This document shows positions 14,347-26,409 of a DNA stretch of 64,000 nucleotides, one piece after another. The notes beneath the pieces were generated by a model. It saw nothing but the letters and a program-made list of their open reading frames with translations. It ran no database searches and was not told the DNA's origin. The stretch's first letter is position 1, and the number at the start of each line of letters is the position of its first letter. The stretch is from Octopus vulgaris (lineage: Eukaryota). Position numbers and translations under genes: made by a program. Where the stretch lies: contig OX597840.1 in assembly GCA_951406725.2 (NCBI GenBank), positions 36,704,001-36,768,000 of the forward strand, written 5' to 3'.

Positions 14347-14545
14347 ATAAGGCAACTAACTGGCAGAACCGTTAGTATTCCAGGCGAAATGCTTAGCGTC
14401 TGTCTTTAAGTTCTGGGTTCTAATTCCGCCAAGATCGACTTTACCTTTCATCCTTACGGGGTCAATTAAATATACACCAGTTGCATACTGGGGCTTATCC
14501 CTGCTCCGAAGTTGCTAGCCTTGTGCAAACGATTTGAAATTGGTA
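14347..14545 (+). mobile_element. SINE family B, diverged
   Basis: AAGGC...CTGGCAGAA.CGTTAG...GCGAAATGCTTAGCG...CCTTTCATCCTT.CGGGGTC. Confidence 0.8.
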
Positions 14546-14659
14546 ATTAGTGTGCTATTATTATTTATGTAATAGTATTTGGTGTTAGGTATATTACAGG
14601 CTGTCTGCAAGTCTGTCTCTACTCTGTACTAAAATTCCATATTATTTTCACATTGCTTA

Positions 14660-15230
14660 TTTTCCACGTAGGTGGGACTTTATACGAGAATCAACGAGAT
14701 TTCTTTCTTGGCTTAATAACCAATCGGTGGTTAGGTGTACATAGAGCTTTGCTACGTCGTTGTGATTGTAAGAATAAAATTTTGTTGGAGCAAGTGTAGG
14801 ACATTTCGGTATAATGTGATATATTGTCTCTAGAAAGGCTTCAAACGGGCCACATTTATCATTAACTTTGTAGTGACAGGCGTATGTCTCGTTTGTTTCT
14901 GTTTTCCATTGTGACTTCAGCTGTTCAAAGACGAAACAAATTCGTTGTGGGAATTTTGTTTCTCTATATGTGATCAACTTGCTACCCTTTTTTTCTATCG
15001 CAGTCAACGAGAGACCAGATCAGGCGTTTTGTGAATTAGAATGGCAATGGGCAACATCAATAACTGCCTTCTTATATTGTGCCCTGACACTCTGGAGCAT
15101 CCTTTATTTCGTGGATCCACAGAAGGTGAGAGTCAGATTTATCGTTTGGATGTGGTGTGTTTTAAAATACATTTCTCCGTTACAATCTACAGAATTCTGT
15201 TATGTAAGAGGAACAAAGAAAACGTGATCG
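14660..15230 (-). pseudogene. Decayed R4/Dong-like LINE fragment (zinc-knuckle region)
   Basis: ETIYHIIPKCPTLAPTKFYSYNHNDVAK resembles the R4-clade ETIxHIxSGCxxLAxxxYxxRHNxVA motif. Confidence 0.7.
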
Positions 15231-15764
15231 ATATAGCGCTTTGTATAATGTACACGTGCTTCAGAAAGCCGACCATCTTAAAATGACTTGGGCCGGGAGG
15301 CTCTGTTACGCGACAAAAGGAAGCTGGCTCACTACGTCAACATTATTGACAAAAATACAGCAGAAAGAAAGATGCTGGCCTTTATGTACCCCAGCATCGA
15401 AATAGATACATTTAGGTCGTATGAGAAAAGAATGGAATACAGGGAGAAAGAATTGTAACGTTTATCTACCGCACCCAAATCTTTTGATAACGAGGCGTGT
15501 CTTCCGGTGTAGCTTTTGGATAACACCCCCCCCACACACACAGAGAAATATATATAGATAAATAAATAGATAGATACATAGATAATATATTAGCCCAACC
15601 CGGCTGTAAAGTACATGGTCTGACAGAGGAGCAGATAGATATCTAAATATAAACAAATCAATATGGCTGATGTCTTAATTCCAGAACAAGATCTTCGTGA
15701 CTGGGTTTAAAAACCGATGTTTATAAGAGAGAAAGTTGAAAAATAATGTATGAGTGTGTATGTG

Positions 15765-15992
15765 TATGAGCTGGTAGAAACGTTAGCACGCCGGGCGAAA
15801 TTCGTAGCCGTATTTCGTCTGTCGTTACGTTCCGAGTTCAAATTCCGCCGAGGTCGACTTTGCCTTTCATCCTTTCGGGGTCGATAAATTAAGTACCAGT
15901 TACGCACTGGGGTCGATGTAGTCGACTTAATCCCTTTGTCTGTCCTTGTTTGTCCCCTCTGTGTTTAGCCCCTTGTGGGTAGTAAAGAAATA
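15765..15992 (+). mobile_element. SINE family B, near full length
   Basis: A-box-like TGG.AGAAACGTTAG, B-box GAGTTCAAATTCC, central GCCTTTCATCCTTTCGGGGTCGATAAATTAAGTACCAG (resembles a Meta/MESC-type SINE domain from memory, unverified), tail TTTAGCCCCTTGTGGGTAGTAAAGAAAT. Confidence 0.9.
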
Positions 15993-16427
15993 TATATATA
16001 TTATATACTTGTTTGTATTTATGTATGGATACGTGTGTTTGTGTATATGTTTGTAACGTGTGATTTCTACAGAATAGTAGTATACTTGGAGTAATCACGT
16101 GAGTGATAAAGTCTCCAAGAGCTCTTCTTTAATGAAACACTGTAAAGTCTATGAGAGCAGTGACGGTTAATTGGTACACGTTATAAACTAAGGCCTAATG
16201 AATAAATATTCATTATATCTATAATTAAAAATAAATAACATTATGAACAATTATGTGTGTTTATGGATAATATGACTGTATATATATTTGCGTATGTATA
16301 TAAATGTATGTGTTTATGTATATGTATATATCTAAATGTACATATGTATGTATGTGTAAATGTATGTATACATATATATATACATACATACACACACACA
16401 CATAACACACACACATATATATATGTT

Positions 16428-16575
16428 GGTGTGTTTACGCCCCCGTAACCTAGCGGTTCGGCAAAAGAGACCGACAGAGTAAGTACTAGGCTTACAAAGG
16501 ATAAGTTCAGGGATCGATTTTGCTCGACTAAAGGTGATGCTCCAGCATGGGTACAGTCAAGTGACGGAAACAATT
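16428..16575 (+). mobile_element. SINE family A 3' half
   Basis: CCCCGTAAC.TAGCGGTTCGGCAAAAGAGACCGA...TGCTCCAGCATGG. Confidence 0.8.
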
Positions 16576-16594
16576 AAGATATAACTTCGTAACG

Positions 16595-16648
16595 TCTGTC
16601 ACTTCTCGGATTCTCTGAATCCGAGCAACGCCGGGCAGCGCTATTAGA
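16595..16648 (+). mobile_element. Helitron-like 3' end
   Basis: Hairpin CCGAGCAACGCCGGG followed by degenerate CTA(T)TAG; same motif as the 48924 element. Confidence 0.55.
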
Positions 16649-17159
16649 ATGCACGTGTCCGTGTGTGTATGTGTTTGTGGGTATGTATGTGTATACAGTT
16701 ACGTGCAGTCACAGTATGTATGCATTAGTAAGCAGGTAGCTAAACAAAGAACATAGTCTACCAACTTTAGAATCCGGAATATTCCCTGGCAACGTCCAAA
16801 CAGCGAAATTATGCCTAAAGAATTCAAGAGATTTTGAAATGTTTTTGGCAATATTCCCAGATAATCTCTGGCTAATCCCAAGATATAAGCTTCCTTGGAG
16901 AAATGTTGACTGCTTCCTGTAAGTATGTATTATGATATACATACATACATACATCCGCACTTATGTGTGTGTGTATACATTCATACATATATATATATGC
17001 GTCCGTACACACATGTATATATGATAATATAATATATGAATATAAATTTAAATATATTTATGAATATGTATACACACATATACACACACTCATGCACACA
17101 CATATATAAATGTACGAATGTCTGTGTGATTGCGTGCAAATATACACGTGCATCGGTAA

Positions 17160-17190
<31 letters not shown>

Positions 17191-17254
17191 CACCCTTGCA
17201 CAAAAATTACATACGCACATCATATATATATATATATATATATGAAAAAATAAA

Positions 17255-17442
17255 TAGTAAATCCCAAAAAGTAGAACAAACACAAAAAAAAAACACAACA
17301 AGGCAAGGACGTAGTACATGTAAAGTATTAGCAGACGCTCAGGGAAAGAAATAAAGATGATTTAACGTTTCGAGCAGATGTTTCTTCGGAAACAGAGGAA
17401 AATCCAACAGAAGGGAAGACAGAGGAAGAAAATCGCCAACGT
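17255..17442 (-). mobile_element. PLE-type terminal repeat (family E) with degenerate minimal hammerhead
   Basis: Homologous to 54410 and 60641; minus strand GTTT-CCGAAGA...GCTC-GAAA-CGTT-AAAT. Confidence 0.65.
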
Positions 17443-17504
17443 TTCATATTGAAGAAAGAAACCTAGCTGTTTCTTGTAATACATACTAATACATACATTT
17501 AATG

Positions 17505-17609
17505 CAAATGTTTTTCAGGGGCCCTTAAAATACAATTGTAGATCCCCACTTTACTACTTCGTTGCGTGGGCCCCAAAAACCTTATATCGACCCTGGTTGA
17601 GAACCACTG
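17505..17609. mobile_element. hAT (Charlie/MER5-like) MITE end
   Basis: Ends in GGTTGAGAACCACTG, the reverse complement of a CAGTGGTTCTCAACC-type TIR. Confidence 0.55.
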
Positions 17610-17614
17610 GTGTA

Positions 17615-17675
17615 AACCCCGACCCAGATTTAGTGAAGACCATCATCGCTGATGATGAGACATGGGCTTATGGTG
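17615..17675 (+). pseudogene. Mariner transposase fragment (first catalytic D region)
   Basis: DPDLVKTIIADDETWAYG resembles DPxFLxxIITGDETWVYGY. Confidence 0.65.
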
Positions 17676-17942
17676 TCTGCTCGATGGCTTCGGTCACCTT
17701 GTGGAAAACTGGAAATCCGCCGTACACGCTGTACTCTCGGCATAAAAGTCGGGAACGTAACAGCAGACGAAATACCGCTAAGCATTTCGCCCGGCTGCTA
17801 ACGTTTCTGCCAGCTCGCCGCTTTTTCTGTTATTGTACCAATTCTATCAACCTATTACCATTGAAAGAACGGGTATTGTTGGTAAGGCTCTTCGACTAGA
17901 AGAAGCGTGTCAAACAGAGATTCGGTGGCAGATAGATATGTT

Positions 17943-17998
<56 letters not shown>

Positions 17999-18079
17999 TA
18001 TAAATATATGAATATATACATACATATATGTACATACCTACATATATATATTTATATATACATGTATATATGGGTACAG

Positions 18080-18720
18080 AACATAAAAAAACGTAAACAA
18101 AATGATAAACGAGAACATAAACGCAAAAACATAGAAAACGAAGTTTTTTCGAACAACGAAAGAAACAAACAAACAAAGAAACGAGACAGAAAACATAAAA
18201 GAACATTCCCTTCATCAGTTGTCCGCTGTTTTATCTACTCCGCGTTACGAAGGTAATGACAAGACGCGACTTCTTCAAAGCAGTCCTTCCCGCAATGCAA
18301 ATTAAATAAAATTTGGGATTTTTTGCAGAGGGTGAAAGTGGTAACGAAAACAGGACAGTGAGAACAAAACAGTAAAACCAAACGGTGAGGGCTGTTAAGC
18401 CCAGACGATGTGAAGTGGTGAACGCGATGTAGATATGCTTGTAAATGAAGTATGAAATGGTTTATCAGCCGAGATTTAGTCTTTTGTACTTCCAAGGTTT
18501 CTCAAGTAGACTAACTTCCATGAATTCGGATCGATTCAAGGAACAGTTCTTCCTTCGTTCCCTGATATCCATGTAAGATAGCCACATGTGCAGCGACGGT
18601 CATGCGGTGGCAGACTCTTCACAGCGACGGACAAGATGCCTTTTATTATTCTTGGGTATTTACCTTCTGAGAATAAATCCCGCCAGGATCCGGATGACAC
18701 CTAATCTATCTGCTGTCATA
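18080..18720 (-). mobile_element. PLE-like 3' fragment (family F): probable GIY-YIG remnant plus terminal repeat with permuted hammerhead
   Basis: Minus strand RCTCGYL... and FILHL...SGLN fit a decayed GIY-YIG end. 18140-18330 is homologous to 40355-40535 (AAATTTTATTTAATTT, CAACTGATGAAGGG, TTTCGTTGTTCGAAA). Confidence 0.6.
18204..18268 (-). ncRNA. Non-circularly permuted hammerhead ribozyme motif with core mutation GAAA>GUAA
   Basis: cgcg-UC-uuguc-auua-ccuuc-GUAA-cgcg-(17 nt)-gacaa-CUGAUGA-a-ggg; stems I and III pair. Confidence 0.6.
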
Positions 18721-18734
18721 AAAATAGAATACCT

Positions 18735-18950
18735 ATTTCTTTATTACCCACAAGGGAGACAAACAAGGACAGACATAGGTATTAAGTCGATTACATCGAC
18801 CCCAGTGCGTAACTGGTACTTAATTTATCGACCCCGAAAGGATGAAAGGCAAAGTCGACATCGGCGGAATTTGAACTCACAACGTAACGCAGATGAAATA
18901 CCGCTAAGCATTTCGCCCGGCCTGCTAACGTTTCTGCCAGCTCGCCGCCT
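18735..18950 (-). mobile_element. SINE family B
   Basis: Reverse complement of the 15765 copy. Confidence 0.9.
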
Positions 18951-19926
18951 GGCAGAATACCAGTAAGACACTGGGGTGGATTACATCTATTAAACTCTCT
19001 GCTTCTATAAAATCAAACGTCGCCAAAACATTGTACTCCGATGAGAAACCAATATGGCTGAGGTTAAGACGATCAACATTTCCTTACGCTTGGTTCGGGG
19101 CCAAGTTGGGCAACGGGAGTTTCGGGCGGAGGAGGATTTGTCAATGAAGAGAATCCCAATAGCTCGACATTTATTTTATTGATCGCAGCTGAAGATGAAA
19201 AGCTTAGAGGGGATCCCCATGTGGGGGGGGGGGGTCCGACAAAGATTATCAGAGAACGAAAGTAAATATTGGCAGGTATTAAAGGAGGAAGAGGAGGGGG
19301 GGGCTTGAGATTTCCGACAACTGTTCACGCTCTAAAAGGGTTATATTATGTGTGTGTTTGAAGAGAGAGATAGGGGGAGAGACAGAGAGATAGAGAGGGA
19401 GAGACGGAGAGATAGAGAGGGAGAGGGGAGGGAGAGAAAGAGAGAGTGAGGGGGAGAGAGAAAGAGAGAGTGAGAGAGAAAGTGAGTGAGTGAAAGAGAG
19501 GGCGGGGAGGGAGGGAAAGAAAGAGAGGGGAGGGAAATGGAGAGAAAGGGAGAGAGGGGAGAGAGGGGAGAGAGGGGAGAGAGGGGAGAGAGTGACTGAA
19601 TGAGAAAGTTAACTCGCTAAAGAGATGTAGATGCTGAAACAGAAAGAAGAAGTGGACCTGAGGAGTGTATACACACACACACACACATACATAACATGTA
19701 TATATATACATTTATATATGGATGTATATCTATATGGATATACATATCTGCTACATCAATATATATTGTGAGAGAAGGAGGGAGAGAAGGCGGGGGAGGT
19801 AATCTGTTGAAGAGATAAACAGGTAAATTGGTGGATTCCCAGGTAGGTTTGGATGGGGAGAGGGTGATCGGTCTGTAGATGAGTGGGAAAGCGGATGTGT
19901 GCTTGTGCGTGTGCATATATACATGC

Positions 19927-19961
<35 letters not shown>

Positions 19962-20281
19962 TGTGTGTGTGTGTGTGTAGGTATATTGACAGAGTTGGTA
20001 AATATGTAGTTCTATACTTCTCCTTAAATACGGATAAAGAGATGAATGGTTCCCCAGGAAGCCGAGTAGTCAGGTAGGCTGTTGTTAACTTCCTGGCTAT
20101 GAATAGGGAAAGAGATGGATATAAGTATTCATTGGTTCATAGAATACGTTATTTTGCTCTTCTATTTTTCTATGTGTTTCAGTCCAGAGGATGTGGCCAT
20201 ACTGGGACGCCGCCAGTGTGATCACCTTTACAATGGCCATTCTAACATTCTAACACACACACACACACACACACAAACACA

Positions 20282-20330
<49 letters not shown>

Positions 20331-20333
<3 letters not shown>

Positions 20334-20617
20334 CTAGTGGTTAGGGCAGCGGACTCGCGGTCGTAGGATCACGGTTTCGATTCCCAGACCGGGCGTTGTG
20401 AGTGTTTATTGAGCAAAAACACCTAAAGCTCCACGAGGCTCCAGCAGGGGGTGGTGGCGATCCCTGCTGTACTCTTTCGCCACTTTCTCTCACTCTTTCT
20501 TCTGTTGGCCTGCTCGCTTAGCCAGCGGGGTTGCGTCATTTGAAGGCTAAAACAATGTGAAGCGCATTGTGACCAGTGATGTGTAACAACATCTGATAGC
20601 CTGGTCGGTCACGGTGA
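20331..20617 (+). mobile_element. tRNA-derived SINE family C (head H1, tail T2) inserted in (TA)n
   Basis: A box GGCCTAGTGGTTAGG, B box GTTTCGATTCCC; TA runs on both sides. Confidence 0.85.
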
Positions 20618-20852
20618 TATATATATATATGGAGAGAGATCATTTATTAATGTGTTAATGCTCTATTTGTTACATGAAAAGGCATCGTCCATAATCCATA
20701 AGACTCTGCAGACATCGGAACATTTTCAAATTCTTTCAGTTCCGAAGAAAACTATTTGTTTTACATTTTCTGACTCTTTGTAAGGGAATTTTCAAATGTA
20801 GGATTTTACTCGATGTTACAGTCGCTGGTTTATCAAGCTATCTGCTCTAATT

Positions 20853-21165
20853 TTAAAGATACATACATACAAGTGTGTGTGTACGTATGTGTGTATGTAT
20901 GTGATTATGTATGTATGTATGTACGTACGTACGTATGTATGTACGTATGTATGTGTGTATGTATGTATGTATGTGAGTATGTATGTATATATGTATGTAT
21001 GTGTGTATGTATGTATGTACGTATGTATGTGTGTATGTATGTATATATGTATGTATGTGATTATGTATGTATGTATGTATGTACGTATGTATGTGTGTAT
21101 GTATGTATGTGAGTATGTATGTATATATGTGTGTATGTGTGTATGTATGTACGTGTGTATGTATC
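20853..21165. repeat. Compound (TATG)n/(TG)n microsatellite
   Basis: Direct observation. Confidence 0.95.
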
Positions 21166-22399
21166 TGTCTTTCATTGTATATACAACCCCGTGTCTTTTA
21201 TATTCCTCTGTATAGTTTAAACCAACATCTTCCGTTGCTGATTGAACCTAGCACAGTCCTGATTAGGCAGATCCGCGATGAAATGCGCTCTAACCATGAC
21301 CACCCTCTCTACAACTATATTTCGCTAATGTGCTCATCCCTCTTTAATGTAGAATATGAATCGTGGAAGCTTGTAGAATCTCGTTGTTTTTATTTAGCCC
21401 ATGGTCGGCCCTCATAAAACTGACCTACGATCAAAAGCTTTCTTGTCGTGGCCATCCCGGTTCTTGTGTTTATGTCGGACTATATTTGTCTAATAAATCT
21501 TTCTTTTAAGCTGGCAGATTATGAGGGAGATTGAGTTGCTGTCTTTTGTAGGTCAGGTAACCAGGTAGCAATCTCCCTTGGAGCCAGGTAAATTAGATGA
21601 TGTTCAAAACGAATCCATTAATTATTCAAATCGAAGCTCAAACATTAAAATTCGTTGACACAAAAACAGAAATTGGTTTTCTCTTTCTTTTCGTTGTAAC
21701 ATATTTGAGAGAGGATAAAAAAATAATTCTCCACATTAAATATGAGATGCATGCGTTTCTTGTACGTGTGTGTGTGTGTGTGTGGGTGTGAGAGAGAGAG
21801 AGAGATAGAGAGAGAGTGGGGAAGAAAGGAAGGACGAAAGAGGAAGGGCGAAAGGGAGAAGAAAGCTTATTATATGAAGTTGTTTGTGTTGTAGTTGCTA
21901 TTGCCACTGGTCTTGTTGTACAAGTCTTTATATAAAAAAACGAAATAATCTTCTCTTTATGTCAGTATTGATTTTCAAAAGCCAATGGGTTGAGTTCAGA
22001 ATTAAAGACTTTCGATGATACTTTTTTATGGTTTTCGTTCTCTCTCTAGTTACTTCGTGTCATTTCACTTTAACCTTATCTAGTGTTGCTGCAGAGAATC
22101 GTAGGATATTAAATTATTCCTAGTTAAATCTGCGACAAAATATTTAGCCTTCGTGTTTACTAATCACTGTTGCATCTCTGACCCGACCTTTGACATCGTA
22201 AATGGTTTTCTTTAACCCTTTCCGCAGAGACAAATAATCCGAATAAATGTTTATCTGTCGGCAAATAAGGGCATAGCACACTTACATTTAAAAACAAAAA
22301 CGTTTTATGTTTGTGAGTTTTTGTCATAAAAATTACAACAAACACAAACCCAGTGAAAACATTAGTAAAATATATTTATTTTTACTCTTTAGTATTAAC

Positions 22400-23340
22400 T
22401 GTTAATGGTCGGCACATCTATTGCTTAAACACACATATAACAGCCAGAGAATACCAACAGAAGCTTGAGGAGAATATAAATGCAAACACCTCTAACAGTA
22501 AATTTGTATTTGCGGACAAAACGGAAAATTTATACGAGGTGAACAAGAACATGTAATAAATTACTAAATGACAACATAACCGAAAAGAAAAAAAAAACGA
22601 AAAGAGAAAGCAAAACAATGCAAAAAACATGAAGAATCACACAATGACGTAAAAATCAATACAAAAACGAAGTGAAACAACAAAATTGAGCGAACACGAA
22701 GTGATGGTCACAGTAAGTTACAATCAAATAATCACAACGTCAGTTACGACACAGCAAATGCTTGTGAAATTAGCTTCGTAAAAAGTGAGGCCTCGTCAAG
22801 CAAAAAATATTAATCCTAAATAAATAAATCAAGTAAAAGCTCGATTCTAAATGCATTAAATACCTTTACAAAAACCAAAAGCACCAAAGATATTGTAAAC
22901 TGGTTTAAACAAATTGGGGAAAAAAACAAGAACAAAATCGCCGGGTGTCAATTTATCCAGTTTGACATGGTAAAATATTACCTATTTATCATCAAAGACC
23001 TTGGCTATAAAACCGTAGAGTTCACAAGTTAGTACGCAGTCATCACATCCTACAATCGTGAAACTGTAACACACTCTGGACGCTTACTCTGTTTTAACAA
23101 CAACAAATTCGGAGTTGGAAATCTTGGCGTAGAATTATATAAAGTCACATGGCAACTCTGGAAAAAAATACAATAGACAACAATAGAGTGGAATTGTATA
23201 TGGAGAATGGGTTCCAAAGGCCAGAGTGGACGCACAAACGGCGTACTCAGGAAAAAAATTACTGCTAGCTTTAAAATGTTTCATCTCAGGATAATAAGAG
23301 AAACTATTCTGGTATACAAGAAATTCTTGGGTTGAACACA
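22400..23340 (+). pseudogene. Decayed Penelope-like element RT N-terminal fragment
   Basis: FVFADKTENLYEV...LLNDNIT, STKDIVNWFKQI and FIQFDMVKYYLFI resemble PLE ADKTxNLY, TxxVIxWF and FIQFDIxxFYPSI motifs. Confidence 0.75.
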
Positions 23341-23389
23341 GTCTAACACAATTTATTTATAAATTTATTTATAAACTGAAAAATATACT

Positions 23390-23650
23390 CTCGTATCCGG
23401 ATAACTCGCCGCCAGCTTTTTTGCCGCGGGGAAATTTGCCGTAGAAAATTTCCCCGAAAACGAGGCTCACAAGAAGACTACAAACTGGATAACTTATTTT
23501 AAAGAAATTACCATTCTTTAATTGATAGGTTAGATGAAGAAGTTGGCACTTTAAGAAGAGAGCCAACTTTTTGTTCTTTTTGTAATTTATTTTTCTTTTG
23601 CGGCAAATTTTCTTATAGCAAATATATTTTTGTAGAAATTTCCTATAACC
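23390..23650. mobile_element. Degenerate MITE-like element with ~15-bp subterminal repeats
   Basis: Left end has repeated (AAAT)TTGCCG-like units; right end has inverted GCGGCAAATTTT units. Confidence 0.4.
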
Positions 23651-23834
23651 CTTCCCCCCCCCACTCTGCTTGGAAAATAGAACTAATCTTTACTTGCAGG
23701 CACAACAGGAAATTCTTAGTGCATCATTTCGGAATAACAAATAACTCTATGGTGATATCATGAATCACGTGACATACTGCAATTTTGTTTTTTGCAAGTG
23801 TGCGAATGTGTGTGAATATGCATGAGCGTCTGTG

Positions 23835-23871
<37 letters not shown>

Positions 23872-23875
23872 ACAC

Positions 23876-24093
23876 AAGTGTGTATAACCATAGGTTATTA
23901 TACAGTAAGAGGAAAACCAATAAGTGGTTTCCTTTTCTGCTGAATGAAGATGTCGGATCTTCAAACCACGAAAAGTACATTCTCATACATGTATTTCTCA
24001 TGGTTTGAAGATCTGGCATCTTCTTTTAGCAGGCAAGCAAACCACTTATTGGTTTTCCTTTTACTGTATAATTACCTATGGTTATACACACTT
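23876..24093. repeat. Ungapped palindrome, 105-bp arms, 8-nt spacer
   Basis: 23876-23980 vs reverse complement of 23989-24093: 12 mismatches, no indels (counted by hand). Confidence 0.95.
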
Positions 24094-24179
24094 ATGGATA
24101 AAAAGAATTTAAAGTCTTCGGAGAATTTTTACGCATGCTGGCCACTGGTATAAATTACCACTTTTAATAATCTTTACTC

Positions 24180-24230
<51 letters not shown>

Positions 24231-24324
24231 TTAATTTGAAGCTCCTAATAGTAACATAAGTATTTTAGTAGTGATGGTAAGGGCGGCGTTGTTGTGGTAT
24301 ATTCTTACTGATGGTTATGAAAAC

Positions 24325-24785
24325 GTTCTTTTGTACTCTAGGCACAAGGCGCAAAATTTTTGGGGAAGCGTCCAGTCGATTAGATCGACCCCAGTACGCA
24401 ACCCGTACTTAATTTATCGACCCCAAAAGGATGAAAGGCAGAGTCGACCTCGAAGGAATTTGAACTCAGAACGTAAAGACAAACGAAATACCGCTAAGCA
24501 TTTCACCCGGGGTGCAAATGTTTCTGCCAGTTGGCCGCCTTGATGGTTATAAAAATACTCATTTCTTTATTGTCCACAGGGGGCTAAACATAGAGGAGAC
24601 CAACAAGGAAAGGCAAAGGAATTAAATCGATTAAAACGACCTCAGTGAGTAACTGGTACTTATTTAATCGATGCTGAAAGGATGAAAGGCAAAGTCGACC
24701 TCGACGGAATTTGAACTCAGAACATAAGACAGACGAAATGCCGCTAAGCATTTCGTCCGGCGTGCTAACCATTCTACCAGCTCTC
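24325..24785 (-). mobile_element. Two tandem SINE family B copies (24325-24541, 24560-24785)
   Basis: Both carry AAAGGATGAAAGGCA.AGTCGACCTCG..GGAATTTGAACTCAGAAC. Confidence 0.88.
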
Positions 24786-24842
24786 TACCTTAGTGTTGGT
24801 AGTAATAATGGTAGCATATACCTTATTGGTAGTAGTAGTAAT

Positions 24843-25219
24843 GGAGGAGTAATGGCCCAGTGGTTAGGGCAGTGTACTGATGGTCATAGGATCGCGGTTT
24901 CGATTCCCAGACCGGGCGTTGTAAGTGTTTATTGAGCGAAGACACCTAAAGCTCCACGAGACTCCGGCAAGGGGTGGTGGCGAACCCTGCTGTACACTTT
25001 CACCACAACTTTCTCTTACTCTTTCTTCCTGTTTCTGTTGTACCTGTATTTCAAAGGGCCAGCCTTGTCACACTCTGTGTCACGCTGAATCTCCCCGAGA
25101 ACTACGTTAAGGGTTCACGTGTCTGTAGAGTGCTCAGCCACTTACACGTTAATTTCACGAGCAAGCTGTTCCGTCGATCGGATCAACTGGAAACACTCGT
25201 CGTTACCGACGGAGTGCCA
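24843..25219 (+). mobile_element. SINE family C full length (head H1, tail T1)
   Basis: A/B boxes present; collinear with 32567-32941. Confidence 0.9.
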
Positions 25220-26340
25220 CTAATTAGTACTAGTAGCTGTAGTAGCGTTAATGTTAATGTAGTAGTAGTGGTAGTAATTGCAGTTGAGCTATTAGCAACA
25301 GTGGTGTTAGTCGAGTGGTGGCGTTAGTAGTGATGGTAGTAGTGGTAGTGGTGGCTTTGTTGCTAATGGCAGTAATGCTACTACTAGTGGTGGGGGGAGG
25401 GAGAGGCAGTAGTACTATCAGTGAAGGCATTTGTGATAACGACAGAGCATTAACAGTAGAGGTTAATAGATATAGTAATAGTAATAATAGTGGTGGTAGT
25501 AGTTGTAGTAGTAGTAGTAGTAGTAGCAGCTGCAGTGATGGTGGTAGTGGTTGTGGCGGTGGCGGTGGTGTATGTTGTATTGATTATATCTGAAGATAGT
25601 GGAAGTTGTTGACGAAAAAATATATAAAACCCGAAGAACAAGGAAATTAAAATGTCACCTTTAGAGAAATGACATGATCATAAATATGGCGGATTTAAGA
25701 TATTCTAACTCACGGCTGTCATTTTATTCTGGTGACTGGAAATGATTAAAGTTCTTCTGGTCTTCTCTTGCTATTGTTAACGTTGTTGTTGTTGTTGTTG
25801 AACTGTGGTCGATGTAGTTGTTGTTGTCGCTGTTATTTTATACTTGTTATGTTAGGAGTTGTTATTGCTGTTGTTGTTGTTGCTATTGTTGTGAATGTAG
25901 TTGTAGCTGCTGCTGCTGTCGTGGTTAATGATGATGATGAGATTGTTACTGTTGATGTAGGTCGTGGTCAAGCAAGATGGACAACATCCAAGGCCAGAAC
26001 GAATGAGCAAAATAGTCAAACGCTCTTCCTGCGTTGTTGTTGTTGTTGTTGCTGTTGGCCGTGGTGGTGATGGTGGGTGCGGGTGGTTGTGAGAATGTTG
26101 ATGGTGGTGGTGGTGATGAAGAAAGTGTAATAAAAAAAAATGAACGATAAAGGTAACTGGAAATGATGACAGAGATGATGATGATGATGATGATGACGAT
26201 AACAATGTTGATGAAAACGAGGACGTTACTGATGATAATTAAGGATATTGACCATCTGAACACAGGGGTGAGGAGTCAATTTAATCGACTAGCCCCTCCT
26301 CACAAAATTCCAGGCTTGCTCTTGTTGATGATCATAATTG

Positions 26341-26409
<69 letters not shown>

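Noticed and set aside
16740-16925. ~60-codon open frame ending at a GTAAGT
   Set aside because: Weak acceptor, no recognised homology; length compatible with chance.
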